Shown: one piece after another, positions 1 to 8,984 of the stretch
Numbering within the stretch: position 1 is the first letter of the stretch
Layout of the letters: each line of letters begins with the position of its first letter
Origin: a virus
Lineage: Duplodnaviria > Caudoviricetes
Strand: one strand, 5' to 3'
Virus record (IMG/VR): IMGVR_UViG_3300014206_000001
Location: 2,645 to 66,644 of that record
DNA: 64,000 nucleotides
Notes under the pieces: generated by a model
What the model was told of the DNA's origin: nothing
The model's input: the letters and a program-made list of their open reading frames with translations, nothing else
The model's database searches: none
Program-made: the position numbers and the translations under genes

Positions 1-1
1 T

Positions 2-3000
2 TCAAGCATTTTCACCTATGCAGAATCAACAAATAAAGTATCTTTTTCAGGTTCTTTGTCTTTACGAAGTCTTAATGATGATAGTACTTATTCAGACCTT
101 GTACCAGAAGATACGACAAATTGTTCTGTAGATGTAGTCGTGAATTTAATGTCAGGAACTTCTATTATAGATTCACTCTCACTTGGACAAGTAAGTGAAT
201 TTAATGGAGAATTTGAAAACGAGCCAGCAGGTGATTATTTTTTGAGATTACAGGTGACTATCAATTGGACTAACAATGTTAGAAAGGTTTTTGCTGATAG
301 TGAAATAAACACAATAAAGGTTTGTGATGGCGACCAAGTAAATGAATATAAAGAAACTTTTGATATATGGATTAAAAACATTTGGGATTCTTCTATCAAT
401 GATGATGAAACAGAATCCGAATTTATGCACAGAGTGTGGGATCCGTTGGTTACGTCAGAAGAAATGACTGTTATGTTTTCAACGGGATTGTTAGTGAATG
501 ATGATTACGAATTTATAATAGCTCAGGATGGTGATGATTATCTTATAACACATGATGAATCAAAAAGTTATGGTGGTGTTTCTTCATTCTGGAAACTGAC
601 ATTGATAAAATCTGATGCAGACCTTGAAACGATAGATAAATACTTGCCGTATATAGGATTCAATGCTTCTGCGGGAGATCATTTCTACCTTATAAATATA
701 GAGATGCCTTATTATCCTTATGTTTACGATGCAGAGCAAAGAGTAGAAGACTATATAAAAGAAGAATTAGCAGAGGTTGATGACGAATATCCAACATTCG
801 CAATAACACCAAGTTCTGAATTTATTGAATCAGGAGTTGTTAATCCCGATGACATTAAAGCAGGGAATAAAATAACTATAGAGAATGAAAGAATACTTGA
901 TTCTCCACAAATGACTTTTTATATTCTTTCTGTAGTTCTCACATATGATGAAGATAAGTTACTTCCTGTGTGGAAAACAACTATCTCAGATAAGCCTACA
1001 TCAACGACAAATTCTATAAGTTTATTGCAAAGTTCTGTAGATGAACTGACAAGTTATTTGAGTTCTTTAAAAAATATAGATAGACTACTTTCTTCTTTTG
1101 ATGAATTATATTTACGCAGAGATGGAATTGATGCGACTTCTTTTTCAAAAACAAAATTTAATAAACAAGTGACAGTTGCTTCCGGATTGGTTTCTGACGA
1201 TTTCAGACAGGGAGGTTTTGCGGGATCTGGTATGGGTCTGTATAAAGATGCAAATGGTCAATCAACATTTGAAGTTGATAATATAAAAGTAAGGAGGTCT
1301 CTTGAAGTTAATGAACTTATAGTAAACCAAGTTACAATATATGGTGGAAAACATATGTATTCAGCAGCAGCAATGACTGTTAGTAATGTTGAGAATATTT
1401 CTGGTGGTTATAGATGTTATTTCGATACAAAAGAAGGAACTGTACTGAATCAATTTGCTTCTGATGACCAAGCTTATTGTCAAAGATACGACCCTGAAAA
1501 TAACAGTGTAATAAAATACTATTGGCGATTAGTTTCAGGTGTAGGTGAAGACTATATTGATTTAAGCACAACGGATTATGATGGTGATGGGATACCGGCA
1601 GTTGGTGATAATATTGCTCAATTAGGAAATAGAACAAACGAAGATAGACAGGCTGCATATATAATTAATCAACTTGACGGTGGTAGTTGTACTCAATATG
1701 CTAAAATTGATGCTTTTTCTTTTGTTGATAAAGATTGGATTTCACAAGGATACGACCCTTCAACTGGAAGAGCTTATAAAGTTACATATGGAGATTCTTA
1801 TGTGGGTGCAAGAGATAAATCTACATATACGCAATGGGATTCTTCCACTCATCAATTAACAGTTAAGGGTGTTATAGTCAAAACTGAAACAGGTGGTGAA
1901 TTTCCAATTCCTGCATATCAGGGTGCTTATGATGAAACAGGGGTAACTGTGTATCATAAAGGAGATTGGGTTACATATGCCGGAGCCTCATGGTTACATA
2001 TTGCTGAATCAAGCGAAAGTGTAACTCCCGTGGAAGGTTCGGTCTGGACTATTTATGCTGCCAATGGAACTAAAGGTTCTGATGGTGAAGGCGTTGAATT
2101 TATATTTACAAGAAACAATACAGGTACAACCCCTGATGCTCCTGTGGCTGGCGAAGACGATGCTTTGCCTGATGACTGGACAGACGACCCACAGGGAGTT
2201 ACCTCTACACTACAATATGAATTTGTTTCAAAAAGGGTTAGTGCAGATGATGTATGGGAAGCTTACGGAACTCCTTCATTATGGACACAATATGTATCAT
2301 CTGGCGAAGATGCTATATCTGTAGAAGTACAAAATCCGGACATAATTGCTACTACTGTTAGCGGAACTGTTAGCACTTCTCTTTATTCGGAAATAAAAGT
2401 CATGAAGGGTGGTGTGTTCATAAGTTATGGTAGTGGTACGAATCAATGGTCAATGACATTGGGTGCAGGTTTTGGAACTGCTACAGGTATATCTACGCCT
2501 TCATCCTATGTAGGAACTAACTATTTTAAAGTATATTGGGATGGAGTTTCTTTTGATTCTAATATAACCACTACCGGAACTTATGCTTTATCTGTATATG
2601 TTCATTTATCTAGTGGAGATGTAACTATTTATAAAACCTTAACCATTTCCAGAAACGACCAGTTTTCTCAAATTCCTAAAGGTACATGGACAGATAATAC
2701 CTATTATACAGGTAATGTATATCAGAGAGATGTCGTAAAATACGGTTCTGTTTACTATATAGCAAAAATAACAGCTAATAAATTTTATTCAACTACTGCG
2801 CCATTATATGATTCTACTCATTGGTCTGCAATGGATTCATTCCAAAACATAGCTACTGGAACACTGTTGGCAGACAACGCTAACATTGCTAATTTTATTT
2901 ACAAAAATTCGTTGATGATTTCTCAGGAAGGAACTATTGATGGAGAAGATTCTAGTAATTATAGTGATGATGATTTTGTACCTAATTTGTCGCTGAATGG

Positions 3001-3709
3001 GGTTACTGGGGAGATTAGTGCGTTGAAAGGAACGTTGGGGGCATTAACTATGGATACGGATGGATATATATCTTTACCGCCTTCATGGAGTAGTACAGAA
3101 ACAGGGAAGCTTAATAATAGTGGACTTTTTCTTACTTATGGCAGTGCTGGTTTTCAAACTATTGAATGGGAAAATGTTGCAGATGGTTATGCTGCTAATA
3201 TTTATGTAAGCGGTACTGATAAGTCTTTTAATATAGACGCTTCTTCAAAAATTAATATAGGTTGTTCATCAGCAGGAGGTGACGAGATAAACATAGGAGC
3301 CGAAGGAACAACTGGTGATATAGCAATAGGTAATTCAAAAAGGTCTACAACAATAAGAGGTGGCTTAACAATAGGAGGTCGCTTAATAGGAAGTGGAACT
3401 ATCCCAGCTATAGTTTCAGGAGTTTTATATGCAAGCAACAAAAGCACAGCCATAATCACTTCTGCAAATACGATAACTAAAATATTGCAGGGTACAAGTA
3501 GTAGCTCGGTTACACCTTCGGATTATGAAAAGATTACGATTATAAATACAACAACATCAGATTTGACTGTATATACTTATGCTCACACAACAAGTTCTAA
3601 TATTAAGATGCAAAATAATCAGGATAATTACAAGATTTATAAATCATCTTCTTGTACATTAACATATTACGGTAGTTATTGGTATCTACCAGCAGACAAC
3701 GGTCAATAA
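2..3709 (+). CDS. Phage tail protein (minor tail/fibre-baseplate type), 5'-truncated by the window
   Basis: Frame is open from base 2 (SSIFTYAEST...). It contains the FRQGGFAGSG..FEVDNIKVRR and YYWRLV segments typical of Bacteroidota phage tail proteins, plus a T/S/G-rich C-terminus. Confidence 0.75.
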   Translation, partial: SSIFTYAESTNKVSFSGSLSLRSLNDDSTYSDLVPEDTTNCSVDVVVNLMSGTSIIDSLSLGQVSEFNGEFENEPAGDYFLRLQVTINWTNNVRKVFADSEINTIKVCDGDQVNEYKETFDIWIKNIWDSSINDDETESEFMHRVWDPLVTSEEMTVMFSTGLLVNDDYEFIIAQDGDDYLITHDESKSYGGVSSFWKLTLIKSDADLETIDKYLPYIGFNASAGDHFYLINIEMPYYPYVYDAEQRVEDYIKEELAEVDDEYPTFAITPSSEFIESGVVNPDDIKAGNKITIENERILDSPQMTFYILSVVLTYDEDKLLPVWKTTISDKPTSTTNSISLLQSSVDELTSYLSSLKNIDRLLSSFDELYLRRDGIDATSFSKTKFNKQVTVASGLVSDDFRQGGFAGSGMGLYKDANGQSTFEVDNIKVRRSLEVNELIVNQVTIYGGKHMYSAAAMTVSNVENISGGYRCYFDTKEGTVLNQFASDDQAYCQRYDPENNSVIKYYWRLVSGVGEDYIDLSTTDYDGDGIPAVGDNIAQLGNRTNEDRQAAYIINQLDGGSCTQYAKIDAFSFVDKDWISQGYDPSTGRAYKVTYGDSYVGARDKSTYTQWDSSTHQLTVKGVIVKTETGGEFPIPAYQGAYDETGVTVYHKGDWVTYAGASWLHIAESSESVTPVEGSVWTIYAANGTKGSDGEGVEFIFTRNNTGTTPDAPVAGEDDALPDDWTDDPQGVTSTLQYEFVSKRVSADDVWEAYGTPSLWTQYVSSGEDAISVEVQNPDIIATTVSGTVSTSLYSEIKVMKGGVFISYGSGTNQWSMTLGAGFGTATGISTPSSYVGTNYFKVYWDGVSFDSNITTTGTYALSVYVHLSSGDVTIYKTLTISRNDQFSQIPKGTWTDNTYYTGNVYQRDVVKYGSVYYIAKITANKFYSTTAPLYDSTHWSAMDSFQNIATGTLLADNANIANFIYKNSLMISQEGTIDGEDSSNYSDDDFVPNLSLNGVTGEISALKGTLGALTMDTDGYISLPPSWSSTETGKLNNSGLFLTYGSAGFQTIEWENVADGYAANIYVSGTDKSFNIDASSKINIGCSSAGGDEINIGAEGTTGDIAIGNSKRSTTIRGGLTIGGRLIGSGTIPAIVSGVLYASNKSTAIITSANTITKILQGTSSSSVTPSDYEKITIINTTTSDLTVYTYAHTTSSNIKMQNNQDNYKIYKSSSCTLTYYGSYWYLPADNGQ

Positions 3710-3719
3710 AAATAAAAAA

Positions 3720-4421
3720 ATGAAAAAATTATTCACATTCGCAATAAACAACTACCCCGGAACGATAAATGACCTCCGGGGTTGTTTAAACGATCAGAAA
3801 CGAATCATAAAATTGTTCGCTGATTATGATACAGTAGCTCTGAAAAATGAGCAAGTAACAGTTCAGACAATAAAAGAACAGATGACAGAAATTGTCAGTA
3901 ATGCAGTTTCGGGAGATTATATTGTGTTCCATTATTCAGGACATGGCACACAGATTCCTGATAAGAACGGAGATGAGGCAGACCATTACGATGAAGCCCT
4001 ATATCTCCACGATGGCGCATTAATAGATGACGACCTATGTGATATACTATCAGGATTAAAAGATGGTGTACACTGCTTAGTTTTGCTTGATTCTTGTTTC
4101 TCAGGAACAGCTACACGAAGTATTAATTTGTTCATTCAAAAAGGAAGGAGAAAATTGTTCAGCAGAAGAAAGAAAATACTTGTCATGCCGAATCAAAAAT
4201 GGAATGTAATTTCTGCATCAGGAGAACATCAGACAAGTGCAGATGCGTTTATTCATGGTGTTTACGAAGGTGCATTCACTCATTACCTTTGTCGTTCTGC
4301 TAAGTCCGGACAAACATTAGAACAATGGTATAAAAAAATGATGCGTGGAGGTATTCTTAGATATGCTCAACGACCTGAATTAGAAATAAATGAAAATGAC
4401 AAGCAAATTATTTTCATATAA
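3720..4421 (+). CDS. Caspase-family (C14, metacaspase-like) cysteine peptidase
   Basis: HYSGHG (His75) and LDSCFSG (Cys126) dyad motifs, N-terminal INNY..LRGCLND and a p10-like SASGEHQTSAD..GAFT. Confidence 0.9.
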   Translation: MKKLFTFAINNYPGTINDLRGCLNDQKRIIKLFADYDTVALKNEQVTVQTIKEQMTEIVSNAVSGDYIVFHYSGHGTQIPDKNGDEADHYDEALYLHDGALIDDDLCDILSGLKDGVHCLVLLDSCFSGTATRSINLFIQKGRRKLFSRRKKILVMPNQKWNVISASGEHQTSADAFIHGVYEGAFTHYLCRSAKSGQTLEQWYKKMMRGGILRYAQRPELEINENDKQIIFI

Positions 4422-4457
4422 CAAAAAAAAGTGTTAATTTTAAATAAAAATAAGAAA

Positions 4458-4943
4458 ATGAAAAAACTATTATTATTCTTGACCGTTTTGTTATTCGTAA
4501 CAGCGGCAAATGCTCAAAAGCATCGTAAGTATCTTATCAAAGATAAATATAAAGTCGTTTATAGAGATACGACATCATTAACTGATTTAGTTTCAAATTC
4601 TTTAGAACAGACATATTATAGCACGGACAGCTGTCTTTACTTAGCACCTGCTATTAATATGACTGTTTACATGGTTAATAAAACGGAAAGTAAATCAGCA
4701 GCTCTTCCGGGAATCGGATATGGTATTAATTATAAACCAGATAATTGTAAATTAGATTGTTCAAGTTTAGTAGGATTAAATGTATTTGCAAATATAGGAG
4801 TAGCGATTACGGATGAAGTTAATTTTGTAGGAGCCATTAGTCCTGTATTTACGTTTTATGATAGTTTATTCACCGGGGGCGCAATGTATGATTTTAATAC
4901 ACGAACGTGGTATTATGTCTTTGGAACATCTTTTGAATTTTAA
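4458..4943 (+). CDS. Secreted, probably outer-membrane beta-strand protein
   Basis: Signal peptide MKKLLLFLTVLLFVTAANA/Q, alternating beta-type segments and C-terminal YYVFGTSFEF resembling a beta-signal. Confidence 0.55.
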   Translation: MKKLLLFLTVLLFVTAANAQKHRKYLIKDKYKVVYRDTTSLTDLVSNSLEQTYYSTDSCLYLAPAINMTVYMVNKTESKSAALPGIGYGINYKPDNCKLDCSSLVGLNVFANIGVAITDEVNFVGAISPVFTFYDSLFTGGAMYDFNTRTWYYVFGTSFEF

Positions 4944-4947
4944 GATC

Positions 4948-5193
4948 ATGAAAGGCATAAAAAACTGGGTTTTACGTATTTTCGCAAAAATAATAATTAA
5001 GAAATTAAAACTTAAAATCATGAAAGATTGGAAAACCACAATAGCAGGAGCGATATTGGCAGCATTAGTTGCTATTCAGCCCATTGTCGAATCAGGTAAT
5101 GTTGATTGGACAGCAGTTATATTTGCAGCACTTATAGCAGCATTTGGGTATCTTGTAAGAGATAAGAAAGGTACTGTTAAAAAACCTAAATAA
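4948..5193 (+). CDS. Putative holin (two TM helices; second in-frame start at 5020)
   Basis: WKTTIAGAILAALVA and WTAVIFAALIAAFGYLV TM segments, basic tail RDKKGTVKKPK, position upstream of the endolysin. Confidence 0.7.
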   Translation: MKGIKNWVLRIFAKIIIKKLKLKIMKDWKTTIAGAILAALVAIQPIVESGNVDWTAVIFAALIAAFGYLVRDKKGTVKKPK

Positions 5194-5200
5194 TTAAGCT

Positions 5201-5554
5201 ATGTTAATCCTACTCACCTGTTCAATAGGTCTTCTTACTGAAATTGTTATGGCTGTGGCAGCTCTTGCTTCTTGCTTCATAGCACTATCTGTGTATCGGA
5301 AAACCATAAAAGAAGAACTTGTTAAAAGAAGTGAACTAATCACTTATGAAAAAAGTACCGATACGAAAATAGACAATCATGACAAACGAATACTGAAAAT
5401 AGAAGGCGAGAAAGCTTCAAGTGCCTATGTAGACAAACAAGACAGGTCTATACAACACAGGATTGATGGTATTGAAAAAAGAACAGGAGAGGATATACAT
5501 GAAATAAGGACGATGCTTACCGCTGTTCATGAATTTTTAATAAAAAACAAATGA
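5201..5554 (+). CDS. Membrane-anchored coiled-coil lysis accessory (holin-like)
   Basis: N-terminal hydrophobic helix followed by a coiled coil; ATGA overlap with the endolysin gene. Confidence 0.5.
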   Translation: MLILLTCSIGLLTEIVMAVAALASCFIALSVYRKTIKEELVKRSELITYEKSTDTKIDNHDKRILKIEGEKASSAYVDKQDRSIQHRIDGIEKRTGEDIHEIRTMLTAVHEFLIKNK

Positions 5555-6087
5555 TTTTTGAAAACCAAATAAAAACAGACAGGAGGGAATTTCTCAATAA
5601 AGTAACTCTTATTTGTGGTAATCTACAAATACCAATTCCTGATTGGTTAATGTTTGTTATGTGGTTTGAAACAGCACACACATTAGACCACACTATTGTT
5701 AATTTTCAAAGGGGAGATAATCCAGATCCTAATATAAGATGCTACAAACGTGCATCAGGAGCTATTCAGTTCATGCCTAGAACAGCTATATCTTTAGGTA
5801 TTACCAATTATGATTTAATACATATGTCGTTCATCGAGCAATTAGACTATGTTGAGAAATACCTAAAACCATATAAGGGCAAGTATCATTCATTCGTAGA
5901 TTTATACCTTGCCATATTCTATCCCGTAATGGTAGGTAAACCAGATACTTACACAATAAAATCAGACATCATTGCAAAACAAAACCCCATTTTTGACGTG
6001 AATAATGATTTAGATATAACAAAAAAAGAAATCAAAATTATTCTGAGGAACAGTATTCCGAATAACTATCGGGACATATTTTATTGA
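5551..6087 (+). CDS. Endolysin, lysozyme-like/lytic transglycosylase fold
   Basis: WFETAHTL (putative catalytic Glu), ASGAIQFMPRTA and EQLDYVEKY..DLYLAIFYP; lies after the holins. Confidence 0.8.
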   Translation: MIFENQIKTDRREFLNKVTLICGNLQIPIPDWLMFVMWFETAHTLDHTIVNFQRGDNPDPNIRCYKRASGAIQFMPRTAISLGITNYDLIHMSFIEQLDYVEKYLKPYKGKYHSFVDLYLAIFYPVMVGKPDTYTIKSDIIAKQNPIFDVNNDLDITKKEIKIILRNSIPNNYRDIFY

Positions 6088-6493
6088 ACTCTCGTTCAAC
6101 CTTCTTGCTGTATGCAGTATAGTCTCCCGGATTCCACTTTCTTATAGCACACTGTATATCTTTATCGGGATTATAATGGTTCTGAATGATATTAAATATC
6201 TCTATTGATTTTTGTTTTGAATACCTATCTTTCAACTTGTACCTATTCTCTTTTACAATCCTATTTGCATCCCTTAAACAGATAGGAGTTATTTGTAATA
6301 TACCTACATCGTTCGCATATCCTACAGCTAAAGAATCACCACCAGATTCTACTTCTATCATAGCTTCTATTAATATCTGCCAAAAATCCACCTCTTCAAC
6401 TGGTACAATATTATGTTGTATAACATATAATTCCGGATTAATTCGGATACCAGTCATTATAATTAGTATTAGTAGTATTGTTTTCTTCTTCAT
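6038..6493 (-). CDS. Lytic transglycosylase (SLT-like) with N-terminal signal/anchor
   Basis: AMIEVESGG..DVGILQITP..AIRKWN motifs; hydrophobic N-terminus MKKKTILLILIIMTG. Confidence 0.8.
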   Translation of the reverse strand: MKKKTILLILIIMTGIRINPELYVIQHNIVPVEEVDFWQILIEAMIEVESGGDSLAVGYANDVGILQITPICLRDANRIVKENRYKLKDRYSKQKSIEIFNIIQNHYNPDKDIQCAIRKWNPGDYTAYSKKVEREFNKICPDSYSEYCSSE

Positions 6494-7212
6494 TACGTAT
6501 AGTATTCTACCCATTTATTTAATGCCCTGCATACCTGTCCCGGGTTCCATTCTTTGCCCATAGAGGTCTTTTCTCCTGTTCCATTCAAAGTATTGCATAT
6601 ACTTTCTAAAGTGTCGCCACGTGTACGTAATGACGAAATTAAAAGATATTGTCTTTTCTTAATTGGATCTCTTGCCATGTCTATTTTCTTTTTATATGCA
6701 GCAGCTATATGTGCCTCATCCATAGACGCACCTTTTCCTCTTCCTAAATGGGTTATTTTTTTGCCTTTTTTAGATATGTGGTGTCCGTTCTTTTTAATAT
6801 CTTTCTTAATCTGTTTTAATGCTTGTTTAGTACGCAAAGCAATTAGTAATGCTTCTCGTTCAGCAATAGCAAAAAACAATATAAAGGTAAATCTATCGGC
6901 ATTCGGGATATCACAGCAAACTAAATTACCTTCTCCTAATTCTGCCATAACGGCCAACGCATCATCAAGATTCCTGAATCTATCTGATTTATATATAATC
7001 AGCTTTGCTCCATTCTTTTTACAGCAGTCAATAGCTTTTCTAAGCTGTACACAATGAACTAAGTCTGTTCCCGTGTACACTTCGCTAAAAGTTTCTATTA
7101 CTTTTCCATCTTTGATGAAGTAATCAATAATATCTGATTGAGCATTTAATCCCAGTCCTGAATCTCCCTGTTTCTTCGTTGAAACACGAAGATATTTGAC
7201 ATATTTTTCCAT
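6493..7212 (-). CDS. Small serine recombinase (resolvase/invertase family)
   Basis: YLRVSTKKQ catalytic Ser motif, SGLGLNAQ, KSDRFR, AEREALLIALRTKQAL and a C-terminal HTH-like region. Confidence 0.9.
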   Translation of the reverse strand: MEKYVKYLRVSTKKQGDSGLGLNAQSDIIDYFIKDGKVIETFSEVYTGTDLVHCVQLRKAIDCCKKNGAKLIIYKSDRFRNLDDALAVMAELGEGNLVCCDIPNADRFTFILFFAIAEREALLIALRTKQALKQIKKDIKKNGHHISKKGKKITHLGRGKGASMDEAHIAAAYKKKIDMARDPIKKRQYLLISSLRTRGDTLESICNTLNGTGEKTSMGKEWNPGQVCRALNKWVEYYT

Positions 7213-7293
7213 AATTTATTGTCTAAATAGTTCTGCAAAAACATCAGCAGCTCCGTAAAAAATGATAAAAAGTGTTATTACCCACATAATTTT

Positions 7294-7731
7294 TTATTTT
7301 AAATTGTACATTAAACTAAATTTCGTATATCCACCGTGCTTTATTATTTCTATTCTATTCGCACTTTCTATAGGATGAAAACAGGCGTGTTCTACCGATA
7401 AATTAATTTTTGGTAGTATTTTATACTTTGCAGACACTTTATATTCTGCGTTTACAGGAGAATAACACGAAATTGTATTTATATCTGTATAAGTATCAGT
7501 ACGTATTTTTAATTCTAAATTCTTAATAGGTGAATATCTCACACCAATCAGTAGATTTAATTCGCCTGCATTATAGGTCAAAATATTATCATAATGTTTA
7601 TAAGAATCCTCAGATGGTTGTTCTAAAATAATCTGATTACTCGTATAGTATTCAATCCCCGCAAAGAACTCAGGTTTTTGAGCGAACAATAAAGAAGGGA
7701 CAAGTAGAAATAGTAATAATAATTTTTTCAT
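7294..7731 (-). CDS. Secreted, probably outer-membrane beta-barrel-like protein
   Basis: Signal peptide ending LLFA/Q; alternating aromatic/hydrophobic strands; terminal FSLMYNLK. Confidence 0.5.
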   Translation of the reverse strand: MKKLLLLFLLVPSLLFAQKPEFFAGIEYYTSNQIILEQPSEDSYKHYDNILTYNAGELNLLIGVRYSPIKNLELKIRTDTYTDINTISCYSPVNAEYKVSAKYKILPKINLSVEHACFHPIESANRIEIIKHGGYTKFSLMYNLK

Positions 7732-7862
7732 AATCGTCTATTTATTAAAAATGATATAAAAAACACAGTAAATAGAATAGCAAAATTAAGCACGTCATCC
7801 CCTGAATAAGTGGCCACGGCAATAAGGGTTATTAAGAGCCATATAGTTGATAGTTTTTTCAT
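7728..7862 (-). CDS. Small membrane protein (44 aa, absent from ORF track)
   Basis: MKKLSTIWLLITLIAVATYSGDDVLNFAILFTVFFISFLINRRL; ATGA overlaps with both neighbours. Confidence 0.6.
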   Translation of the reverse strand: MKKLSTIWLLITLIAVATYSGDDVLNFAILFTVFFISFLINRRL

Positions 7863-8092
7863 TGTAGTATAAAATAATACCAACGGTTTCGGAACTCGAA
7901 ATTCAATGCTGGATAGCCATCTATTCCACGACCTTCGTCCAACATAGTCGCAGCTTCTGATTCAGGAACTACTTGGTATATAAAAATACCTTCTTTTGTT
8001 ATTGATAGATCTCTTTCGTCTATTTCGTACGGTTCAGCTATCAAGTTGTTTTCGCTTACTACTTCTTTGATTTTTCGTACTATTGGTCTCAT
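7859..8092 (-). CDS. Hypothetical protein
   Basis: ORF coupled to neighbours in the leftward operon. Confidence 0.6.
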   Translation of the reverse strand: MRPIVRKIKEVVSENNLIAEPYEIDERDLSITKEGIFIYQVVPESEAATMLDEGRGIDGYPALNFEFRNRWYYFILQ

Positions 8093-8384
8093 AATATGAT
8101 TATTACTAATATAAATGAAAAGATAAGCAAAACTAATATTGTTTTTATTACTGTTCTTTCTTTTACTGTTAATGGCTCCTGTGGTTCATCGAGCCAACAA
8201 TGGTTACGGGATTTTATAAACTGTCTTATGTTTTTCATTTCATTTTGTTTTAATTAGTTTAAAATTCATCCTCAACCCTTTCCTCTTGTTCTATCTCAAT
8301 CATCTTTTTAATGTAGTTCAGGTCTGAATCAGATAGTGTCCTGAAATACTTTTCTAATTCGTTCATTTTCTGTTCGTTCATAAC

Positions 8385-8681
8385 TTATTTATTTAAAAAT
8401 TCAACAATTTCATCAGCAATATCAGATACTTGACTATTCTCTTTAGCATTATTGTACCTTCGTGAACAGTCTGTAACCGTCATGTCTTTCAAGTCTATAC
8501 AGTAAGATACCGCCCGTGACCATTTTTCTGTGCCTTTATAGTACCGGCCATACGTCAAGTTTACATATATTCTATGCTTCCATTCAGATACACGTCCGGA
8601 GTACCATAACTCACCCGTTTGATTTAGTCGTTCTTCCATTAAGGAATTACCATAGTTTACTGCTTGTTCAATTGTTTTCAT
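8385..8681 (-). CDS. Hypothetical early protein
   Basis: MKT start; ATGA-coupled ORF. Confidence 0.65.
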   Translation of the reverse strand: MKTIEQAVNYGNSLMEERLNQTGELWYSGRVSEWKHRIYVNLTYGRYYKGTEKWSRAVSYCIDLKDMTVTDCSRRYNNAKENSQVSDIADEIVEFLNK

Positions 8682-8983
8682 TCCATTAATTTTTGAGTTA
8701 ATCTAAATGCCTCAGAAATATTTAACGACTGAAATCGTATTGTCACACAATCATCTGTCATGAATAAAGTAAAGTCATCTTTTTTGTACATTATGTAAGT
8801 TACTTTATATTCCCGTGGTGCGTCTTGCAAATATACATAAATATCTTTATGTTTCAAATCAATAAAGCCCTCTCCGTACTTGCTCAGGATCAGTTTAATG
8901 CAGTCATTTTTTAATGACTTCTCGTTGTTCAGGATTCTGACGGTTCTGCGTCTTAGGTTTTCTATCTGGTTCATTTTGTTCAT
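8678..8983 (-). CDS. Hypothetical early protein
   Basis: ORF tiles with neighbours; start moved to the ATG at 8983. Confidence 0.6.
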   Translation of the reverse strand: MNKMNQIENLRRRTVRILNNEKSLKNDCIKLILSKYGEGFIDLKHKDIYVYLQDAPREYKVTYIMYKKDDFTLFMTDDCVTIRFQSLNISEAFRLTQKLME

Positions 8984-8984
8984 T

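Noticed and set aside
2-7212. Invertible tail-fibre cassette driven by the serine recombinase
   Set aside because: No inverted recombination sites or alternative fibre C-termini on the opposite strand were seen near the tail gene.
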